Source: Promethearchaeota archaeon (GTDB taxonomy: Archaea; Asgardarchaeota; Heimdallarchaeia; Hodarchaeales; Hodarchaeaceae). Taken from it: a stretch of DNA of 64,000 nt. Position 1 is the stretch's first letter, and every line of letters starts with the position of its first letter. The position numbers and the translations under genes were made by a program. Positions 60,192 to 64,000 of this stretch are shown here, piece after piece. The notes under the pieces are model-generated. The model was given only the letters and a program-made list of their open reading frames with translations. It did not search any database and was not told the origin of the DNA. The DNA lies in NCBI GenBank assembly GCA_048938105.1, contig JBHLMN010000016.1, forward strand, positions 83,199-147,198. The letters run 5' to 3'.

Positions 60192-61553
60192 TCAGCTCCG
60201 AAGAGTACCTAAAGCCTCTCGAACATAAGAGGCGACAGCTGTTTCTGTCATTTTTTCTTTAGGAATCTTTTTGTCTTCTTTCCAAGTATCAATAAGTTGC
60301 CATAAATGTTCAAGATTGATAGTTGAGTTCAATTCCTTCATTTCAGGGGTAGCACGAATCTTAATCTCGTCAAAAAACCATTCCGTTACCTCTGGGAGTC
60401 CAGAATATATGATAATTATTGTTAAACATAATAGAACTATATTAAAAATGAATAAAAGGTACTTAAACACGGGGCCTAATCCTTGGAAATTCTTAATAGT
60501 CTGAAAAATGCCATAGAAGATTAAGACCAATAGCCCCATCCGAACTCGCTTTACCCAGCGTCTTCTAGTGGGAGTAAACCAGTCAGGTAAGGATCGAAGC
60601 TGTAAAAAAGCCGAACAGGGAAAAGTTACAAAGGAAAATGCATAAAAAACCAAGAAAAATAACTCAAATTCCAAAGAAACCAAAACAAAATCGTAAGTCG
60701 TTGTTCCTACTATTAATATAAACCCTAAAGAACTCAAGAAAGACAGGATTGAAAGGATAACAGTTTTATTCCGAAATTCATACTTTCGGGGGAGAATTAG
60801 AGAAGAGGAAGCAGACCAGAGAAAGAGGAGGCCTAGAAAGGTTAAGGAGTATTGCAAGAGGAATATAATGAGAGAAGGCAAAAGATAAGGAAGAAAATGG
60901 TGAAGGATAGTATAGGAAGAATCTCGAAAGAACAAGTACAGATTACACCCTTGACCAAGGCCAAATGACACAAAAGACAAAAGAAAGAATCTTGTTATTA
61001 ATGATTCCTTATTTTTGGTATATAATGAGAAGCCTGTGATTAGATAAAAGAGGATAGCCAAGAATAAAACCATAAACGGGAAAATTATTGAAATAGCGAA
61101 CTTATAAGAATCTAACGGAGTCATTATTAAAAAAGGGGGGTTCCAAGACTCAGGAACAGATCTTCCTGTTAATAAAATGATGTTCTCCCAAAATGATTGA
61201 GGAAAAAAAAGAATAAATGAAAAAATAAGAGAAGTTAGAACAGAAAGCACAATAAATAACTTCCATTTCCTCAACGAGAGAAGAACAATAGATGAGACCA
61301 GAAAAAATCCCATTCCAGCTAAAGAGTTTTCTGATATTGCCAGAACCGGAAGTAAAAGAAGAATTATTGGAACAACTACAAAGAGTAGGCAAAATATTAT
61401 ATCTCGAAAAGATTGTGTCTTCAAGATATTACGAAAGCGGCTTTTATCAATGGGAGGGATTACCATACTCATTCTCCACGGATAATTATTAATTGCTTTT
61501 ATAAATAACTTAACAAAGGGAAAGGAATATCTTGGACTTCCCTGACACCCCAT
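60192..61553 (-). CDS. Polytopic membrane protein with soluble C-terminal tail
   Basis: About 10 hydrophobic segments. Confidence 0.75.
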   Translation of the reverse strand: MGCQGSPRYSFPFVKLFIKAINNYPWRMSMVIPPIDKSRFRNILKTQSFRDIIFCLLFVVVPIILLLLPVLAISENSLAGMGFFLVSSIVLLSLRKWKLFIVLSVLTSLIFSFILFFPQSFWENIILLTGRSVPESWNPPFLIMTPLDSYKFAISIIFPFMVLFLAILFYLITGFSLYTKNKESLITRFFLLSFVSFGLGQGCNLYLFFRDSSYTILHHFLPYLLPSLIIFLLQYSLTFLGLLFLWSASSSLILPRKYEFRNKTVILSILSFLSSLGFILIVGTTTYDFVLVSLEFELFFLVFYAFSFVTFPCSAFLQLRSLPDWFTPTRRRWVKRVRMGLLVLIFYGIFQTIKNFQGLGPVFKYLLFIFNIVLLCLTIIIIYSGLPEVTEWFFDEIKIRATPEMKELNSTINLEHLWQLIDTWKEDKKIPKEKMTETAVASYVREALGTLRS

Positions 61554-61699
61554 ATCCTCAAAATGGTTTTCCTAGATTGTGTTTGCTTCACTTATTCCAC
61601 CTCAGTGCCCCAATTCCTAGTGTTAGGAAACGACTGGGTCTGTTGTTACTGTGGATCAACGATTTTTCAAATTCTACTTCCTTTAATCACTCCACAACG

Positions 61700-61760
61700 C
61701 AAAAACAACGTACAAACATCAGACCGACTGTCCTCACATTGAAAATTTACACTCCTGAAG
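61700..61760 (+). repeat. Dispersed intergenic repeat, copy C (3'-truncated)
   Basis: AAAACAACGTACAAACATCAGACCG...CCTCACATTGAAAATTTACACTCCTGAAG. Confidence 0.8.
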
Positions 61761-61767
61761 TCATTCA

Positions 61768-62607
61768 TCAAATTCTATTCCTTTTGATCACAAGTGTGAG
61801 AACATAAACCAGAATAATTATCTCGAATAGCGGAAATGTCGTTGTGTGGGAGGTTGACCAGGCATTTGTAGAAATTAGAATCTGTTCGAAGTAAGCAATC
61901 ATTTGGTGTTGGTTGAAAGGATGAATTGAGAGTAGAATGGGTTGAGTTGATCGTCCAATTGAGCTTCCAAATAAAAAGGCCTCCCTCTTGGCAGAAAGTA
62001 ATATTCCAGTTATTACATCATAATGATAGGTTTCATTCGCAAACTCGGTATGAATTTCGAGTTTCCATGATTCACGATCTATTCCAGTGACATTGACTCT
62101 CTCTTTTGCAGTTACATTAAGGCATGTATCGCTGAACCCAATATGAATTTGGGAACCAACAGAAAGCTCACGAGGATCTATATACTCAGATGTATATTCC
62201 TCCCAAGAAATGCCCTGTTCATTCACATATAATCTGGTTGATAGATTGATAAGAAAAGAATAACGGAACCAGACAGATGTGGTGGCATTATGCAGGTACA
62301 CATCAGCCATTTCTTCAAGAAAGGACCCAAACATATTGTAACTTAAACTAAATTCCGCATAGGTCGGATCCTGTATCGCTTCACAATCATCAGAGTCATA
62401 ATCATTCCTATCAATGTGGGTGCCATTTAAAATACAAATGGGGGAAAAGTTAGTGAAATTCAACCGATACGTGGAAAAAGTACCCTCTGGAGGATAAAAA
62501 AGATCAGAAGAGGCACGAGTGAAATTCACAAGAGGGAAGACAGAGAGGATACTTAGAAAACAGATAAAATGAGAGATTTTGAGGGATTTCAGCAAAACTC
62601 CTTCCAA
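61768..62607 (-). CDS. Secreted protein with C-terminal membrane anchor
   Basis: Signal peptide, YHYDVITGILL beta motif, Thr-rich linker, TM, KRNR. Confidence 0.75.
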   Translation of the reverse strand: MEGVLLKSLKISHFICFLSILSVFPLVNFTRASSDLFYPPEGTFSTYRLNFTNFSPICILNGTHIDRNDYDSDDCEAIQDPTYAEFSLSYNMFGSFLEEMADVYLHNATTSVWFRYSFLINLSTRLYVNEQGISWEEYTSEYIDPRELSVGSQIHIGFSDTCLNVTAKERVNVTGIDRESWKLEIHTEFANETYHYDVITGILLSAKREAFLFGSSIGRSTQPILLSIHPFNQHQMIAYFEQILISTNAWSTSHTTTFPLFEIIILVYVLTLVIKRNRI

Positions 62608-62740
62608 AAGTAACAGATACTAAAACTAGAAAACTTTCATATAAAAAATTTTCAGTAACTGAAGAATTCTAGATTAAGATTGTAAAGGGATAAAAGATTT
62701 TCTTATTCTAGAAAATGAAACCTTTCACAGAATAGAAAAA

Positions 62741-62833
62741 ACAGACATCAGACCGAAAGCCCTCACATTCAAAATAATTGAAATAATTGACTCCTGAAGC
62801 CCCCTGACGATAACTAGGGGGACAAAACTTAAT
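62741..62833 (+). repeat. Dispersed intergenic repeat, copy D
   Basis: ACAGACATCAGACCG...CCTCACATT...ACTCCTGAAGCCCCCTGACGATA, with an internal AAATAATTG duplication. Confidence 0.8.
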
Positions 62834-63029
62834 TTCCGCAATTTTTGAGAAAATGAGTCCTTGTGTGATTAGTGGGAGATGATATTGATATTGATGGATA
62901 TGAGGATTTTGATGAATGAGTTAAAATCTTCAAAAAAGCCCCAAGATAAAGAATTTGATATGGTCTTTATTCTATAGAGAACATCTTCAAATTTTATATT
63001 ACCAAGAAAAGAAAGAAGAAATAAGAGGA

Positions 63030-63998
63030 TTATGTTCCTTTTTGTAATATATTATGAAATTTAATTTTTACCGCTTCAATACATAATCTTGAAACAGCTG
63101 AATGATTTTCCTCACTCTGAAACTCCAAAAGAACCATCGAAAACAATACCAAGCTTATTCCAGCTATGATCCAGGTAGAATAGATAAACATCCCGAAAAT
63201 TAACTCAATCGTGAAGGGAACAAATATCTGTAACAATAGATAGAATGTTGTTTTGACTGACCCGAGCTGAGACAAAGCCCAATTTTCAAGACCAAAAGTG
63301 ATTGTCGTAGTAAAAACCCCCAAAAAGATGAGATACGGCAAAGTGTATCCTAAAGATGAAAGTGAGGGAGGTTGTGTTAACATGGATAAAATAAACAATG
63401 GGATGAACGTGTAGACCAGTGTGGCGTACAAAAAACTTAAAGGATCATGTTGACCCTGTTCAGATTTAATTTCTGTAATTAAGTGGCTAGATAAGACAAT
63501 ATTTAACCCCCAGACAAAAGCAGCTACTAGCAACAGGACTACTCCAATTCCATTTGTATTAGATACATTTACTATATCACCATTATAACTAATAAGAAAA
63601 ATTCCAACGGATGCCAGTGTAGCGACTGTTAAAATTCGCTTTGAAAGGGAAGTACTTTCGATTCTCCAGGATAAAAATGGAACCATTATAATGTAACTAG
63701 TTGAAAGAAGAGTGGCGAGGCCTGCTGTGGTTAAATCTTGACCCATAGTTGACGTGAGATAGCCTGTTGCAATCAAAAATCCGATAAGCATCATTTTTCT
63801 ATTTTTCAACAAAGATAAACCGTTGCGAGCTTTTATAATTGGTAAGAATAACGAACTCACTATTAAAGCTACTGCGAACCTCAATGTCATTATATCTAAA
63901 GGAGTGGAAACCTCGAGTAATATCTCCACAACAATGGGACTAACTCCCCATAATAGACTACTCAATAACATAGCGACTTGTGCATTCTTTTTCTGCAT
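63030..63998 (-). CDS. DMT/EamA family transporter
   Basis: LLWGVS, TLRF, GQDLTTAGLA; about 10 TM helices. Confidence 0.9.
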   Translation of the reverse strand: MQKKNAQVAMLLSSLLWGVSPIVVEILLEVSTPLDIMTLRFAVALIVSSLFLPIIKARNGLSLLKNRKMMLIGFLIATGYLTSTMGQDLTTAGLATLLSTSYIIMVPFLSWRIESTSLSKRILTVATLASVGIFLISYNGDIVNVSNTNGIGVVLLLVAAFVWGLNIVLSSHLITEIKSEQGQHDPLSFLYATLVYTFIPLFILSMLTQPPSLSSLGYTLPYLIFLGVFTTTITFGLENWALSQLGSVKTTFYLLLQIFVPFTIELIFGMFIYSTWIIAGISLVLFSMVLLEFQSEENHSAVSRLCIEAVKIKFHNILQKGT

Positions 63999-64000
63999 GG

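Noticed and set aside
53880-62833. Dispersed repeats as a CRISPR array
   Set aside because: Copies are kilobases apart and degenerate, with no regular spacers and no cas genes
39720-64000. Accessory region as an element integrated at tRNA-Asn
   Set aside because: No integrase and no duplicated tRNA 3' end seen in the window

Overview
AT-rich archaeal chromosome segment, most likely from an Asgard archaeon of the Heimdallarchaeia/Hodarchaeales type. This is inferred from archaeal informational genes plus eukaryotic-signature proteins (Rab-like GTPase, OSTC/OST3-6-like subunit) and a tandem EF1A paralogue pair. Bases ~5.8-39.7 kb are core genome: fragmented ribosomal-protein operons, rpoD, rpoL, ksgA, HerA/NurA, PAN, MBF1 and Pcc1. 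They include 8 tRNA genes carrying 12 introns, 8 of them at non-canonical positions; one is an apparent 8/9 intron, and the tRNA-Trp intron encodes a box C/D guide. Bases 1-5.8 kb hold pilin-like and large surface-protein genes. Bases ~39.8-64 kb are an accessory region of unrelated genes with a dispersed ~90-bp repeat. It also contains the most interesting element, a two-part module present twice: a ~515-aa putative Lrp/AsnC-like protein followed by a convergent ~130-170-nt structured transcript encoding an 11-12-aa PP-x(3-4)-PP micropeptide. All assignments were made by eye from motifs and base pairing; no database searches were run.
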